From: Pseudomonadales bacterium
GTDB lineage: Bacteria; Patescibacteriota; Microgenomatia; UBA1400; PJMF01
DNA length: 64,000 nt
Reading direction: 5' to 3'
Assembly: GCA_020632255.1 (NCBI GenBank)
Contig: JACKFX010000001.1
Location: 184,216 to 248,215, forward strand
Part shown: piece after piece, positions 29,703 through 40,403 of the stretch
Position numbering within the stretch: position 1 is the stretch's first letter
Layout of the letters: every line of letters begins with the position of its first letter
Notes under the pieces: generated by a model
The model's database searches: none
What the model saw: only the letters and a program-made list of their open reading frames with translations
Told to the model about the DNA's origin: nothing
Program-made: the position numbers and the translations under genes

Positions 29703-30252
29703 TAGTATAGTGTCAACCTCGATTAGTAGTAATTGATTGAACGCTAGTTTGTCCAGGTTATGCCTTTAACAAAGGCTTTAGTATGTTCTTCTGGAATTTC
29801 AGTTGGAATGATTTGATTGTCAGCTGATTCGAACATGATCATATTTGGAGCAATCATGTCGCCTGCAATTGCATATTTACTCCATCTAAAGACATGGGAA
29901 ACTGGACTTTTTTATTAGTGTCATCAAAAAAAAGTAAAACTTATTTTAGACACATAAGTAGGCTAGCAATGATCTAACTTCTTGCATTTTCTGCAATACA
30001 AATCAATTTGACCCCTGAAGGCTTTCATTGTACCAAGAGTATGTCTGGTACATACATTGAGATCTTTGTCACATAAATTATTTATATTTCTCATCAGGCT
30101 GGTATAGCTTTCTTAAAAGATATGACTCAGTTACCAAAATATCAGAAAAAACAGAAGATCTTTAGTTATTTTGATACATGCTTTGCAAATTATATAGTAA
30201 AAATTCGAGAGTGTGTTGAAACTACCTTAATTAGGATTCACCTAATAACGCT

Positions 30253-31167
30253 CTAGTATCTACCGCAGGAAATCCTAGCACGTGCATCTCTAATGGCGGC
30301 CAGGACTGTATCTTTGGGTAGATCACTAATCATTTTTTCTTGCGTATCGGTTTTGTAACCAAACGTAACGGGAGTAGTCGTTATTGTATGCTGCGAAAAT
30401 GTATTGGTTGTAAAGTTGTATACCTTGGTTGTCTTTGTAATCATAGGTTCTGTATATACCACGTTAGTTCCATTAATATCCTCTGTTAGAGCAATGGCCA
30501 AAATCATACCACTCTTTGAGGTGATCATTTCAAGCATCGAATTTATCCCATTAGTGATTTTTTCTGCTTTATAGAACGTTGCATCTCGAGGCCAGGTTAC
30601 AGCACGAACCTCTCTGATTCCCAAAGATTGTGCCACATCATCCAGTAATGCTCTATTCGACTCCCTTCTTATAAGGGGTGGGTAAATACCAAGTGCGACC
30701 GATTCGATAAATTCTTCACAATCATACTCATTACCAGCTATATCGACTACCGAAACCATTTCCCCATTCCAATTGGGACCAGTACTCTGAGCAGTCTGGA
30801 AATATCCCAAAAAACCATCTGGTCTTGGAGTTACTTTAAGCTCAAAATCTTCTATATCTCTAATAAAAAGTTCAGCTACAATATCCTCATTCTCTGTCAA
30901 GGCTGCACTGATTGCAGCAGTATCAGGAACCCTTGCAGCGATTTCTCTATGTCTTTTTTCTTTTGCCTCATCTATCATTTGTTGGGTCTGCGCTCTATGG
31001 TCAGCAACTTTCCTTAGTGCAACTTCATGTAGGTTGGTCTGCGTTTGAGCCTCTGCTTCTTGAGTCTGTCTTTTTCCGGTAATAATCTTCAGAATTCTTC
31101 TTATCACAATAGATAACCTAGTGTCTTGTGTTTTCTCTCTAGGTGCTTCGCTAATATTTTCATGCAT
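30253..31167 (-). CDS. hypothetical protein (304 aa) in an AT-rich island
   Basis: No recognisable motifs. Flanked by long AT-rich non-coding DNA (29703-30252 and 31168-31415). Confidence 0.45.
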   Translation of the reverse strand: MHENISEAPREKTQDTRLSIVIRRILKIITGKRQTQEAEAQTQTNLHEVALRKVADHRAQTQQMIDEAKEKRHREIAARVPDTAAISAALTENEDIVAELFIRDIEDFELKVTPRPDGFLGYFQTAQSTGPNWNGEMVSVVDIAGNEYDCEEFIESVALGIYPPLIRRESNRALLDDVAQSLGIREVRAVTWPRDATFYKAEKITNGINSMLEMITSKSGMILAIALTEDINGTNVVYTEPMITKTTKVYNFTTNTFSQHTITTTPVTFGYKTDTQEKMISDLPKDTVLAAIRDARARISCGRY

Positions 31168-31415
31168 AGTAGGAACTACTATACTACTTTCTTTGAGTAT
31201 AAAACAAGGTAAAGTTGATTGTTATTCACTATTCAAATTGATGCAGATACTGATAAAATGTGTCGTTTCTAATTTCTTGAAGATTTTGCATTTTGTTTTT
31301 TATGAATCCCTAGATGCTTTCAATCTCATTAATATGATTTTTTCTTGAGTTCTTTTTGCTCCGAAGTAACTCCGATTTACTTTTTTATTTAACACGTTGA
31401 AATTGCTTGAAATAA

Positions 31416-32741
31416 TTATTTTCGACGTCTCAAAAACGCAGGAATCTCGAACTCATCCGAGAGATCATCATCGGTTTGTGGTTCGACTGGTTCGGATTTC
31501 TTTTCTTCCTCATCTTCGGCTGGGGAGTCACCAAATGCATCTGATTGTACGAATGGATTAGTAGTGCTTGAAATTTGGGCGGTAGTCATTGGTTGAGTGT
31601 AACCGTCAGGTGCTCGATCGATTTTAGGTTGGGCTGTTTCACTCTCCTCTTCTTGTTGTGGACGAATGCGACTTCTTGAGTCAGAAGAATAAGCTCCGAA
31701 GATTGGTTTGTTGGAAGCAGCAAAGCCCATTTGTTTGTCATCAAAACCGGTAGCAATCACGCTGATCTTAATTTTGTTGCCCATTTCTTTGTTGATGGTG
31801 GCACCAAAAATGATGTTGGCATCAGGATCAGCCGCGTTAGCAATGATGGTTGAAGCGTCAGAGACTTCGGTCATGGTCATGTCTTCGCCACCAATGATGT
31901 TGTAAAGGATGCCATTGGCACCTTCAATCGAGACTTCAAGGAGTGGTGAGGCAATGGCCATGCGAGCGGCAGTTTGAGCGCGGTTCTCACCGCTGGCTTC
32001 ACCAATACCCATCAGAGCGGAGCCTGATTCGGTCATAATAGTCTTTACGTCAGCAAAGTCGACGTTAATGAGTCCAGGAACCGTAATCAAATCTGAGATA
32101 CCCTGTACACCTTGGCCGAGCACGTTATCAGCCAGCTTGAACGCATCAAGTAGGGTCATTTTCTTATCGACCACGTCCATAAGACGTTGGTTAGGAATAA
32201 CAATGAGGGTGTCGACGGCGTCTTTGAGACCGGCAATACCTTCTTCGGCGGTGTGCATGCGACGGACACCTTCGAAAGCAAACGGCTTTGTAACTACTGC
32301 CACAGTCAAAGCACCCGCTTCTTTAGCAATTTCAGCAATCACTGGTGAAGCGCCGGTACCGGTTCCTCCACCCATACCGGCAGTGATGAACACCATATCG
32401 GTATCGTACAGTAGGTCTTTAATTTTTTCGTAGGATTCTTGGGCTGCAGTTTGACCAACATCGGGGTCTGCACCAGAGCCAAGTCCTTTGGTGAAGTTAT
32501 TGCCAATTTGCAGTTTTGTTTCTGCTTGTGAAGTTAAGAGGGCTTGTGCGTCAGTGTTAACAGCGATAAACTCGACGCCGTTTATCTTTCCAGAAGTGAT
32601 CATTGAGTTGACTGCGTTACCACCGCCACCGCCAACACCAATGACTTTAATTTTTGCGAATGTTGTGTTGTTGGGTTTAACTAATGCCATACTGTCGAAC
32701 CTTCTGACTACTCTTAAATCGTATTGGTGTGAGCCTATCAC
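31416..32741 (-). CDS. ftsZ: cell division GTPase FtsZ
   Basis: Tubulin signature GGGTGTG ([16 protein letters not shown]), NTDAQ, long acidic C-terminal linker. Confidence 0.92.
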   Translation of the reverse strand: MIGSHQYDLRVVRRFDSMALVKPNNTTFAKIKVIGVGGGGGNAVNSMITSGKINGVEFIAVNTDAQALLTSQAETKLQIGNNFTKGLGSGADPDVGQTAAQESYEKIKDLLYDTDMVFITAGMGGGTGTGASPVIAEIAKEAGALTVAVVTKPFAFEGVRRMHTAEEGIAGLKDAVDTLIVIPNQRLMDVVDKKMTLLDAFKLADNVLGQGVQGISDLITVPGLINVDFADVKTIMTESGSALMGIGEASGENRAQTAARMAIASPLLEVSIEGANGILYNIIGGEDMTMTEVSDASTIIANAADPDANIIFGATINKEMGNKIKISVIATGFDDKQMGFAASNKPIFGAYSSDSRSRIRPQQEEESETAQPKIDRAPDGYTQPMTTAQISSTTNPFVQSDAFGDSPAEDEEEKKSEPVEPQTDDDLSDEFEIPAFLRRRK

Positions 32742-32795
32742 AGAAAAGCTTGTATATCAAAGTGTACCATTCTACCTAGAAAATGCAATCTGAAA

Positions 32796-34103
32796 TTATG
32801 GTAAGAGTGATTTGATAAGTGAGCCAACTTTGTTGGGCAATTTGCCAATTGAGCCGAAGCTACTAAAGACCGATCCAATTGAGAAACTGGAAACAGTATC
32901 CACTTGACCATGGCGAAGGCCATAGTGAAGCAAACCAATGGCAGTCGCATACAACGGTGAGTTAATATCTTTAACCAAACCATCTAATTTTGTTGGTTCC
33001 CCTACTCTCGCAGGAAGGTTCAGCTCACGCTTGGCAACCTCTGAAATCTGAAGAGTGAGTGCTCCACCACCAGTAATAATGACGCCGGCCGGAATGTCTT
33101 TGAGGAGTCCTTGATCTTTTAAAACATCTCCAACCAGTCCAAAAATCTCTTGCATGCGTGGGAGCATAATGCCTTCGGCAATGGTCTTCTTAGAAAGAAT
33201 TTCGTCACTATCTGAGTTATCATACTCAGATAGTTTGATGGTATCAGCTTTTTTCTTGCGTTTGCTAAAATCTGCTTTTGATTCACCTGCGTGTGGAGTA
33301 AGTGTTTTCATTTTTTCATTCGAAAGATCAACTTTAATTTTTTCGGCGGTGTCTAAACTTACGCGGCAACCAAGCGCAATGTCTTGGGTGATGTGACGGG
33401 CCCCGATCGGAATCGATCCAGAATATTCCAGTGAACCTTCGACGTAGGCACAAATCGAGGTTGAACCAGCGCCTATATCAACCAAAGCAACGCCCAATTC
33501 TTTTTCAGTTTCTGACAGTACAACTCCTGCAGCTGAAATACCTGAGAACACAAACTCATTGACGGTGATACCAAGGTCTTCGATACATTTTTCTAAGTTA
33601 CGAAGTGCTGTCGACATGCCAGTAATGATGTGAGCTTCAGATTCTAGTCGGACCCCAGTCATGCCAACTGGATCTTTGATACCATCCTGAGAGTCAACCT
33701 TATAGTCCTTGGGAATGACATGAATAATTTCACGATCCGATGAGAGTGAAATTGCGCGAGCCGCCTCAATTACTCGTTCAACATCATTATTAGTAATTTC
33801 TTGATTTGGAGTAGCGACTGCCACGACCCCAGTACTATTTTGTGATTTTACATGTGCTCCACTAACAGAGACATACGCCGACTTAACTTCAAGCCCAGCC
33901 ATGCGTTCTGCGCCATCTAGGCTTTCGGTAATAGTTTCGAGTACTTTTTCGAGATCAATTATTTGGCTTTTTCTCATGCCACGTGATGGCACTACAGAAA
34001 CACCAACTACTTGGAGAGATCCTTCGTTATTCACCGAGGCGATGAGGGTGACACATTTGTCGGTACCAACGTCAATTCCAGTTATAATTTTATTATGTGG
34101 CAT
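32796..34103 (-). CDS. ftsA: cell division protein FtsA (actin-like ATPase)
   Basis: ITGIDVGTDK N-terminal phosphate-1 motif, actin fold, position upstream of ftsZ. Confidence 0.88.
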   Translation of the reverse strand: MPHNKIITGIDVGTDKCVTLIASVNNEGSLQVVGVSVVPSRGMRKSQIIDLEKVLETITESLDGAERMAGLEVKSAYVSVSGAHVKSQNSTGVVAVATPNQEITNNDVERVIEAARAISLSSDREIIHVIPKDYKVDSQDGIKDPVGMTGVRLESEAHIITGMSTALRNLEKCIEDLGITVNEFVFSGISAAGVVLSETEKELGVALVDIGAGSTSICAYVEGSLEYSGSIPIGARHITQDIALGCRVSLDTAEKIKVDLSNEKMKTLTPHAGESKADFSKRKKKADTIKLSEYDNSDSDEILSKKTIAEGIMLPRMQEIFGLVGDVLKDQGLLKDIPAGVIITGGGALTLQISEVAKRELNLPARVGEPTKLDGLVKDINSPLYATAIGLLHYGLRHGQVDTVSSFSIGSVFSSFGSIGKLPNKVGSLIKSLLP

Positions 34104-34127
34104 ATATGTGTTACTAGCATACCAAAA

Positions 34128-34829
34128 TTACTCATCTGTGCGTAGTACTGGGTACTTATAACGCAGGTCGATTTCTCGAAGCGGTTTTGGTAGTGTTTGC
34201 GCTTCGTTTGAGTTGAGTACTGCCTCAAGTTCTCGTACGTGTTGCGCGGTGTTTTCGAGAGGCATGAATACATTAATGTCCTCTTTAGTGGTTAGCTCTA
34301 GCGTATTCGCATCTATCCATCTTCTATTTTGCAGTTCAAGAGAGCTTTTGTAAAGAGAAAAGCTGAACTGGGTTAATTCAGAGTGATACTTTGGCAGCAT
34401 GGTGCTGTTTTCGGTTACTGATGCAATTGGGAGTTGGGTTGTAATTAAAAGTGTTTCTGTAGTGTCACCTTGTTCCATTGCAGAAGCTGCTACGATCATA
34501 CCGTTTTCGTAGACTGTCCAGACCGTACTCTCTTCATCTTGTAACAGATAGACAGGTTTCTCTTTCTGAAGAATGATGAAGATGCTTCCAGGAAGTTGTT
34601 TCTTGAGGGAAGTGAAGATGAGCGTTTGGTCAGTAAGTAAAGCTGGTATTTCATTGTCGAAACGAGTAAAAAACAGTGATTTGCCAACCAATGGCACAAA
34701 TTGATTTCTTTCTGACTCAGTGCACTCTCGCTCACCAACAATGCACACAATAGTGGATACTCTCGTTGCATAAGAGGCGACTGCAAACGCAATGAGTACC
34801 AAGACGAGTAGGCTTAGATTTTTTTTCAT
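34128..34829 (-). CDS. ftsQ: FtsQ/DivIB-like bitopic division protein
   Basis: N-terminal TM (LSLLVLVLIAFAVASYA), ~200-aa extracytoplasmic domain, canonical position between murG and ftsA. Confidence 0.5.
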   Translation of the reverse strand: MKKNLSLLVLVLIAFAVASYATRVSTIVCIVGERECTESERNQFVPLVGKSLFFTRFDNEIPALLTDQTLIFTSLKKQLPGSIFIILQKEKPVYLLQDEESTVWTVYENGMIVAASAMEQGDTTETLLITTQLPIASVTENSTMLPKYHSELTQFSFSLYKSSLELQNRRWIDANTLELTTKEDINVFMPLENTAQHVRELEAVLNSNEAQTLPKPLREIDLRYKYPVLRTDE

Positions 34830-35950
34830 GAAGGTAGGATACGAGAAAGTTCCTCAAACAATTTTTGACTGCCAGCAGCTTGCTCAGATTGTTCTCGTTC
34901 AAGAGCGCGCTTGTAGGCTTTATGCTTTTTGTCGAGGTGCTCAACTTCCGCTAGGAGTACTTCGGGAGAAAGATCTTTTTGTGGAATGAGTACAGCTTGT
35001 TTGGTATCGGCAAGCGCTTTGGCATTGAGGTACTGCTCATTTTGGTGTGAGAAGGGTAGTGGTATATAGATAGTGGGAATGTGTCTGAGGCTTAATTCTT
35101 GTAGAGTGTTTGCACCGGCCCGAGAAATTGCTATATGGGCATGTGTGTAGACCCATGCCAAGTCTTCAGCAGAAATCCACTCACGCACGAAATACTTCTC
35201 TTGGGTATTTTGTGAAAGCTTTTTCTTTTCGTACTCAAGTTCTTTTTTGTAGTTACGTAGTGTGGTCTTGTTTCCACATTGATGAATGACAATATACTTG
35301 CGGGTCAGTTGTTGTAAACACTGAGCTATGGTGGTGTTGATAATTTCTGATCCTTGACTACCTCCAACAATAAACAAGATTTGATCTTTTGATTTAGTAG
35401 AAAACCACTCTGGTTTTTGGTCTGATGTTTTTAATATGGATGCTCGAATTGGATTACCAGTCATGGCAACATGTTTGTTTTTGACCATGCGAGCGGTTTC
35501 GGGATACGTGACCGCAACTAAGCGCGCAAATCGACTCACTAACCCATTGGCAAATCCAATACTTCTTGTTTGTTCATGAACAATAATAGGAACTCGCATC
35601 ACCCAAGCGGCGAGTGCAAGTGGAACGCTTAAGTAGCTTCCAAACGAAAGGTAGGCGTCAGGTTTTTCTTTTGCAAAAATACTCACAGACGTAAAAAACG
35701 CTTGAAGTGTTTTAAAAAGTGAGTAGGGAATAGCGAAGAAGGATCCTTCCCCAAGTTTACCAGAATCAAATGCAATAAAGGGGATGTTTCTTTTTTTTAT
35801 CGCTTCTTTTTCTTTGGCTTTTTGTTTGGTAGTTGCTCGTGAATAAATTCTGCCGACAAAAACAAAGGAATACTCAGTTGAGCGTTCGCGAACATAATCA
35901 ATAAATGCGAGAGCTGGTGTAAGGTGCCCTCCCGAAATCAGGATCTTCAT
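34826..35950 (-). CDS. murG: undecaprenyldiphospho-muramoylpentapeptide beta-N-acetylglucosaminyltransferase MurG
   Basis: MKILISGGHLTPALAF (G-rich loop), GT28 C-terminal domain. Start placed at the internal ATG (35950), giving an ATGA overlap with the ftsW stop; the track ORF's N-terminal extension is spurious. Confidence 0.8.
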   Translation of the reverse strand: MKILISGGHLTPALAFIDYVRERSTEYSFVFVGRIYSRATTKQKAKEKEAIKKRNIPFIAFDSGKLGEGSFFAIPYSLFKTLQAFFTSVSIFAKEKPDAYLSFGSYLSVPLALAAWVMRVPIIVHEQTRSIGFANGLVSRFARLVAVTYPETARMVKNKHVAMTGNPIRASILKTSDQKPEWFSTKSKDQILFIVGGSQGSEIINTTIAQCLQQLTRKYIVIHQCGNKTTLRNYKKELEYEKKKLSQNTQEKYFVREWISAEDLAWVYTHAHIAISRAGANTLQELSLRHIPTIYIPLPFSHQNEQYLNAKALADTKQAVLIPQKDLSPEVLLAEVEHLDKKHKAYKRALEREQSEQAAGSQKLFEELSRILPS

Positions 35951-37029
35951 GCAGCTACCTTTCTTCCCAAACGTATTACTATTCCTGAAGCAAACAATAT
36001 CATGACCTGAGCTGATCTTCCATAGGAGAAAAATGGCAGTGGCATACCTGTAAGCGGAATGAGTGCGACAACAGCGCTGAGGTTTAATAAAATCTGCAAC
36101 CCAATCCAAAATAAGATACCCATACCCAAGAGTCTTTCAGAATCAGAAATATCTGCTTGTTGAATAGATCGATAGCCGGTGTACAAAAAGAACAGTAACG
36201 AGGTAATGATTGCTACTGCTCCCACAAAACCAACTTCTTCTGCAATTATGGCAAAAATGGAGTCAGTGCTGGCTTCGGGAATATATGAGTATTTTTGATG
36301 AGAATTACCGATGCCTTGTCCCCAGAGTCCACCTCTTCCTAAAGCGAGAGTAATTTGTCGAATATGAAAACTAGCTCCCAAGGGATCAGATTCTGGATTT
36401 AAAAAAGTTGTGAGACGTTCCATGCGGTAAGGAGAAGTTACAATTGCAACCAGTACTAAAGGTAGCGCAACAGCTCCTAACAATAAGAAATGTTTTATGC
36501 TGCCACCCGCCAAAAAAAACATTGAGATGGCAATGGCCCCTATTAGCAAGAGCGATCCTAGGTCGGGTTGTAGAATGATAAGGAGTGCAGGGATAGCAGT
36601 CAGAAATAAAAAAGGGCCAATCTTTTGGTGTTTTTGCATCCATGCTGCAAAGTACGCGATGAGGCCGAACTTTAAAAACTCAACAGATTGAAATCTGATC
36701 CCTCCAAGAGATATCCATCGTTGAGCACCATTTAAATCAAGTCCTATACCGGGAAGCAAGGTGAGTAGTAAGAGCAGTATCCCACCAGCATAAAGAAGTG
36801 GACCAAATGTAATCCAGAGTTTTGGAGGAACGCAAAAGCCGATGATCAGGGCAAGTGTGCCGAGCCCGAGGCCAATTAGGTGTTGATGCAAAAAGTGGTA
36901 CTGACTTCCAAAGGTCGAAAAACTTTCTGCTGTAGATGCCTCGAAAACAAACAAGGTGCCTAAAAATGATAGTCCCAGTACTATAAGCAACAGCAAGATC
37001 CATTTTGGAAATGGCAGGCGTTTTTTCAT
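35947..37029 (-). CDS. ftsW: SEDS family lipid II flippase/peptidoglycan polymerase FtsW
   Basis: 360 aa, 10 TM, SEDS motifs, in dcw context between mraY and murG. Confidence 0.8.
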   Translation of the reverse strand: MKKRLPFPKWILLLLIVLGLSFLGTLFVFEASTAESFSTFGSQYHFLHQHLIGLGLGTLALIIGFCVPPKLWITFGPLLYAGGILLLLLTLLPGIGLDLNGAQRWISLGGIRFQSVEFLKFGLIAYFAAWMQKHQKIGPFLFLTAIPALLIILQPDLGSLLLIGAIAISMFFLAGGSIKHFLLLGAVALPLVLVAIVTSPYRMERLTTFLNPESDPLGASFHIRQITLALGRGGLWGQGIGNSHQKYSYIPEASTDSIFAIIAEEVGFVGAVAIITSLLFFLYTGYRSIQQADISDSERLLGMGILFWIGLQILLNLSAVVALIPLTGMPLPFFSYGRSAQVMILFASGIVIRLGRKVAA

Positions 37030-37047
37030 AATTATTGGTGTGTCTCT

Positions 37048-38088
37048 TTATAACACGGCTAGCCAAACGCCAAAGATGGTTAACATGATTTGGACGAGCC
37101 ATGCGCGCTGGACAATTTTTGGTTCGGTCCATCCATGACGTTGCAATGTCAAGTGAATTGGTGCAGCGGGGATAAGTTTTCTTTTTAGAAAACGTTTTGA
37201 CATCAATTGGGCAAATGAGCTGAAGATTTCTAATACAAATATGGCACCGATAATTACTAAGGCAATCACTTTTCCAAGTAGTAAGCCAATGACCGCTAAC
37301 GTTGCCCCGAAGGCTAGTGAGCCGACGTCTCCCATAAAAATACGAGCTGGAAAGACATTAAAATACAAGAATGAAATCAACGATCCAATGAGTAAAGCGA
37401 TAAATAGCGATGTTGGGACATCAAGAATTGATGCCGAAAGGTACCACAATCCAAAGAGTGAGATCATCAACACTCCAGATGCCAATCCATCGAGACCGTC
37501 AGTAATGTTAACTGCATTTGCAAACGCCACAATGGTGAACATTGCAAAGGGAATGTACATCATACCTAGTTCGAACGTACCAATAAATGGAATATGCACA
37601 AACGAGATCCCAAGTTGAAAGTACAGCATCAAACTCACAATTAATGCCAAAATAAGTTGGAGCACCAATTTGTGTTTCATTCTTAAACCGAAAAAGCCAC
37701 TCGAAAATTTAAAAAACTTTTTGATGTCATCATACAATCCAAGTATTCCAAAAGACAGAAAAGTAAAGAAAATAATATTGACTTCGGCAACAACCGATCG
37801 GTGATTGCTGGTAATATCCACACCAAAATGTTTGAGAGCTGGCAGTAATAGAGCAAAGAGTGTAGAAACAACGGCTATAACTAAGAGGCCTCCCCCAACA
37901 GGCACACCAGCTTTATCTTTGTGAAATGCGTCAAAGATTGGTGTTAGTTTACCAAACACATCTCGAGTAATCTGCTTAGCTCTTTGAAATTTGAGTTTAT
38001 ACAAGATGTCAATAAAGGGCACAACAAGCACGCTCGTCACGATAAACGAGAGTAGGAGTACGCTTAGTGGTATTGCCATTCCAGACAT
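37048..38088 (-). CDS. mraY: phospho-N-acetylmuramoyl-pentapeptide transferase MraY
   Basis: Polytopic, DD motif (LYDDIKKF), NAVNITDGLDGLA, HH motif region. Confidence 0.85.
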   Translation of the reverse strand: MSGMAIPLSVLLLSFIVTSVLVVPFIDILYKLKFQRAKQITRDVFGKLTPIFDAFHKDKAGVPVGGGLLVIAVVSTLFALLLPALKHFGVDITSNHRSVVAEVNIIFFTFLSFGILGLYDDIKKFFKFSSGFFGLRMKHKLVLQLILALIVSLMLYFQLGISFVHIPFIGTFELGMMYIPFAMFTIVAFANAVNITDGLDGLASGVLMISLFGLWYLSASILDVPTSLFIALLIGSLISFLYFNVFPARIFMGDVGSLAFGATLAVIGLLLGKVIALVIIGAIFVLEIFSSFAQLMSKRFLKRKLIPAAPIHLTLQRHGWTEPKIVQRAWLVQIMLTIFGVWLAVL

Positions 38089-38103
38089 GAATAATCTTTC
38101 TAG

Positions 38104-39420
38104 TTACTTTCGCTCAATTTTTGCTCCCATCGAACGAAGACGTTCATCGAGGGCTTCATACCCTCTGTCGACATGTTCGATGCCAGAAATCTCTGAGGTT
38201 CCTTCTGCTATCATAGCAGCCATGATAAGGGTTGCGCCATGACGTAAATCTTTAATACGAAACTTTCCAGCTTTGAGTTTTGCAGGGCCATGGATTTTGA
38301 TAGCGTGGTTATTTTTTGGGCCATCATTTTCTAGGTCAAAATTGTAGACTTTTTCTGGGTGAGCAACTTCTGGATTATATTTTTCGATGGTAGCTCCCAT
38401 TTGTTTAAGCTCTTCAACATATTGAAAACGATTCGCCATAATTGTTTCGTGAATGACACTCTCGCCTTCACACTGTGTAGCCAGGGTAGCCCAGAGTGGT
38501 TGCCAGTCGGTCATAAAGCCAGGTTCAATTTCGGTGGTGATATCAGCAGCTTTGAGCGGGCCTTTATAGAAAAAACGAATCCCATAATCGCCGACCTCAT
38601 ACCCTGCCCCAATTTCATCCAGTTTCTCAAGAAAAGCTGTTAAGTGTTCATGGCGAGCATTTTCGATAATTACATCACCCTTGGTAGCAATGGCGGCACA
38701 AGCATAGCTGACTGCTTCGTTACGATCTGGCAGAAGTCTATGAATAGCTCCTTCGAGCGAGTCAACTCCTCGAATTTCAATGACTCGATGAGTGCGGCGT
38801 CGAACCTGAGCTCCCATTTTATTGAGGAAAGAAATGAGGTCATCAATTTCTGGTTCCTCTGCTGCATTCTCAAGGATGGTGGTGCCTTCAGCCAGTACTG
38901 CGGCCATGATCAGCGTTTCAGTTCCTGTGTGTGAGTTCTTAGTAAATCGATAGGTAGTTCCCACCAGTTTTTTACAGGTAGCATGGAACATGCCGTTTTT
39001 ATATTCAACTTCTGCACCAAGGGCGCGAAGACCATCCCAGTGTCTATCGAGTGGACGCTTGCCAATCTTGTCTCCTCCTGGAGCTGGAACAACTGCTTTT
39101 CCAAACTTAGCTAAGAGTGGAGGGATAAACATGGTTGAAAATCGACCTTGTTCACCGTGTTCTTTATCGATAACGTGGTTAGTAAGTGTGCTGGGGTCAA
39201 TAAAGATAGCTCGCTCCCCTGCTCGATTTACTTTTCCGCCCAGGTACTGAATGATTTTACTGACTAGTTCAACATCTGAAATTCGGGAAAAATTAAGTAG
39301 ACGGGATTCTGAGGAAGCCAAGAGTGAAGCAATCATCAACTTATATGAGGCATTTTTTGCTCCCCCGATACGTACTGATCCGTGGAGTGGAGTTCCACCA
39401 GTTACAAAAAAACTTGGCAT
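38104..39420 (-). CDS. murA: UDP-N-acetylglucosamine 1-carboxyvinyltransferase MurA
   Basis: GGTPLHGSVRIGGAKNASYKLMIASLLA, EPT fold, catalytic Cys region. Confidence 0.88.
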   Translation of the reverse strand: MPSFFVTGGTPLHGSVRIGGAKNASYKLMIASLLASSESRLLNFSRISDVELVSKIIQYLGGKVNRAGERAIFIDPSTLTNHVIDKEHGEQGRFSTMFIPPLLAKFGKAVVPAPGGDKIGKRPLDRHWDGLRALGAEVEYKNGMFHATCKKLVGTTYRFTKNSHTGTETLIMAAVLAEGTTILENAAEEPEIDDLISFLNKMGAQVRRRTHRVIEIRGVDSLEGAIHRLLPDRNEAVSYACAAIATKGDVIIENARHEHLTAFLEKLDEIGAGYEVGDYGIRFFYKGPLKAADITTEIEPGFMTDWQPLWATLATQCEGESVIHETIMANRFQYVEELKQMGATIEKYNPEVAHPEKVYNFDLENDGPKNNHAIKIHGPAKLKAGKFRIKDLRHGATLIMAAMIAEGTSEISGIEHVDRGYEALDERLRSMGAKIERK

Positions 39421-39440
39421 ACTCTCTTTCTAATTACTTA

Positions 39441-40403
39441 CTATTCTAAGTAAAAAACTTCTTCGTGTAATTCTATTTTATATTTTTCTTTAACAGTACT
39501 TTTGACTAGTTTGATCAATTCTTTTACATCTTGGCTGGTACCAGTGCCATCATTTTCAAACCATGCTGCATGCTTTGAACTGACACGGATGCCACCCACG
39601 CGGGTGTTTTTGAGACCCGCTTGATCAATAATGTAGCCGCCTGGCACAAATTCTTTCTGTGCAAAGTCAGGGAAGGTTTTTCTCAGCGCTTCGGTGTTGG
39701 GAACATTTTGGAAGATACAGCCTGAACTTGGGATGCCGAGAGGTTGGGTGTTGGCTCGGTACTCAGTTGCATGAGTAATTTTTTCTTGTGATTCTTGTGG
39801 ATTGCCAGCTTTGAGACCGAAATTAACTTCTAAGATAATTTCATTTGATTTTTGAAAGCGCGACTGTTCATAGGCAAACTCACACTCTTCCGCTGGAATC
39901 CATCGAGTATCTCCATTAGGAGAAACTGCATGCACCGCAAGTACATGTTCACCAATTAAGTCCTGCAAATAGTGAGCATTATTATATATGGCGCCGCCCA
40001 GTGTTCCAGGAACGCCCAAAAAATATTCTAGCCCTGTCAGGCCCCAGGACACCGTCTTGGCCACGAGCGGCGCCATTTTAGCGCCCGCTCCGGCTCGTAC
40101 CACTGTCACTCCATTTTTAGTCGTTTCTTTTTTTTCAACTACATCAAAAGCCATTCTAACTACAATTCCAGCTACACCTTTGTCAGAGACTATGACGTTG
40201 CTCGCACCGCCTAAGATAGTTAGTGGAATCTCATTTTGATTACAGTATTTTTGAAGCGATCCAAAAATACTCGGATCACTAACAGTGACGAATGCTTCTG
40301 CTGGTCCACCAATTTTCATGTAGGTAAACGGTGCCAACGGCACGTTGTACTGCCACGTAAGCATTGGAAATTCAGCGTCTAGTTTGGCTCGGAGTGTATT
40401 CAT
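39441..40403 (-). CDS. murB: UDP-N-acetylenolpyruvoylglucosamine reductase MurB
   Basis: FAD-binding N-terminus (TYMKIGGPAEAF, ILGGASNV), MurB C-terminal domain. Confidence 0.85.
   Translation of the reverse strand: MNTLRAKLDAEFPMLTWQYNVPLAPFTYMKIGGPAEAFVTVSDPSIFGSLQKYCNQNEIPLTILGGASNVIVSDKGVAGIVVRMAFDVVEKKETTKNGVTVVRAGAGAKMAPLVAKTVSWGLTGLEYFLGVPGTLGGAIYNNAHYLQDLIGEHVLAVHAVSPNGDTRWIPAEECEFAYEQSRFQKSNEIILEVNFGLKAGNPQESQEKITHATEYRANTQPLGIPSSGCIFQNVPNTEALRKTFPDFAQKEFVPGGYIIDQAGLKNTRVGGIRVSSKHAAWFENDGTGTSQDVKELIKLVKSTVKEKYKIELHEEVFYLE

Noticed and set aside
35951-36109. N-terminal 53-codon extension of murG overlapping ftsW
   Set aside because: Extension has no MurG similarity. The internal ATG at 35950 gives the canonical MKILISGG start and an ATGA overlap with the ftsW stop.
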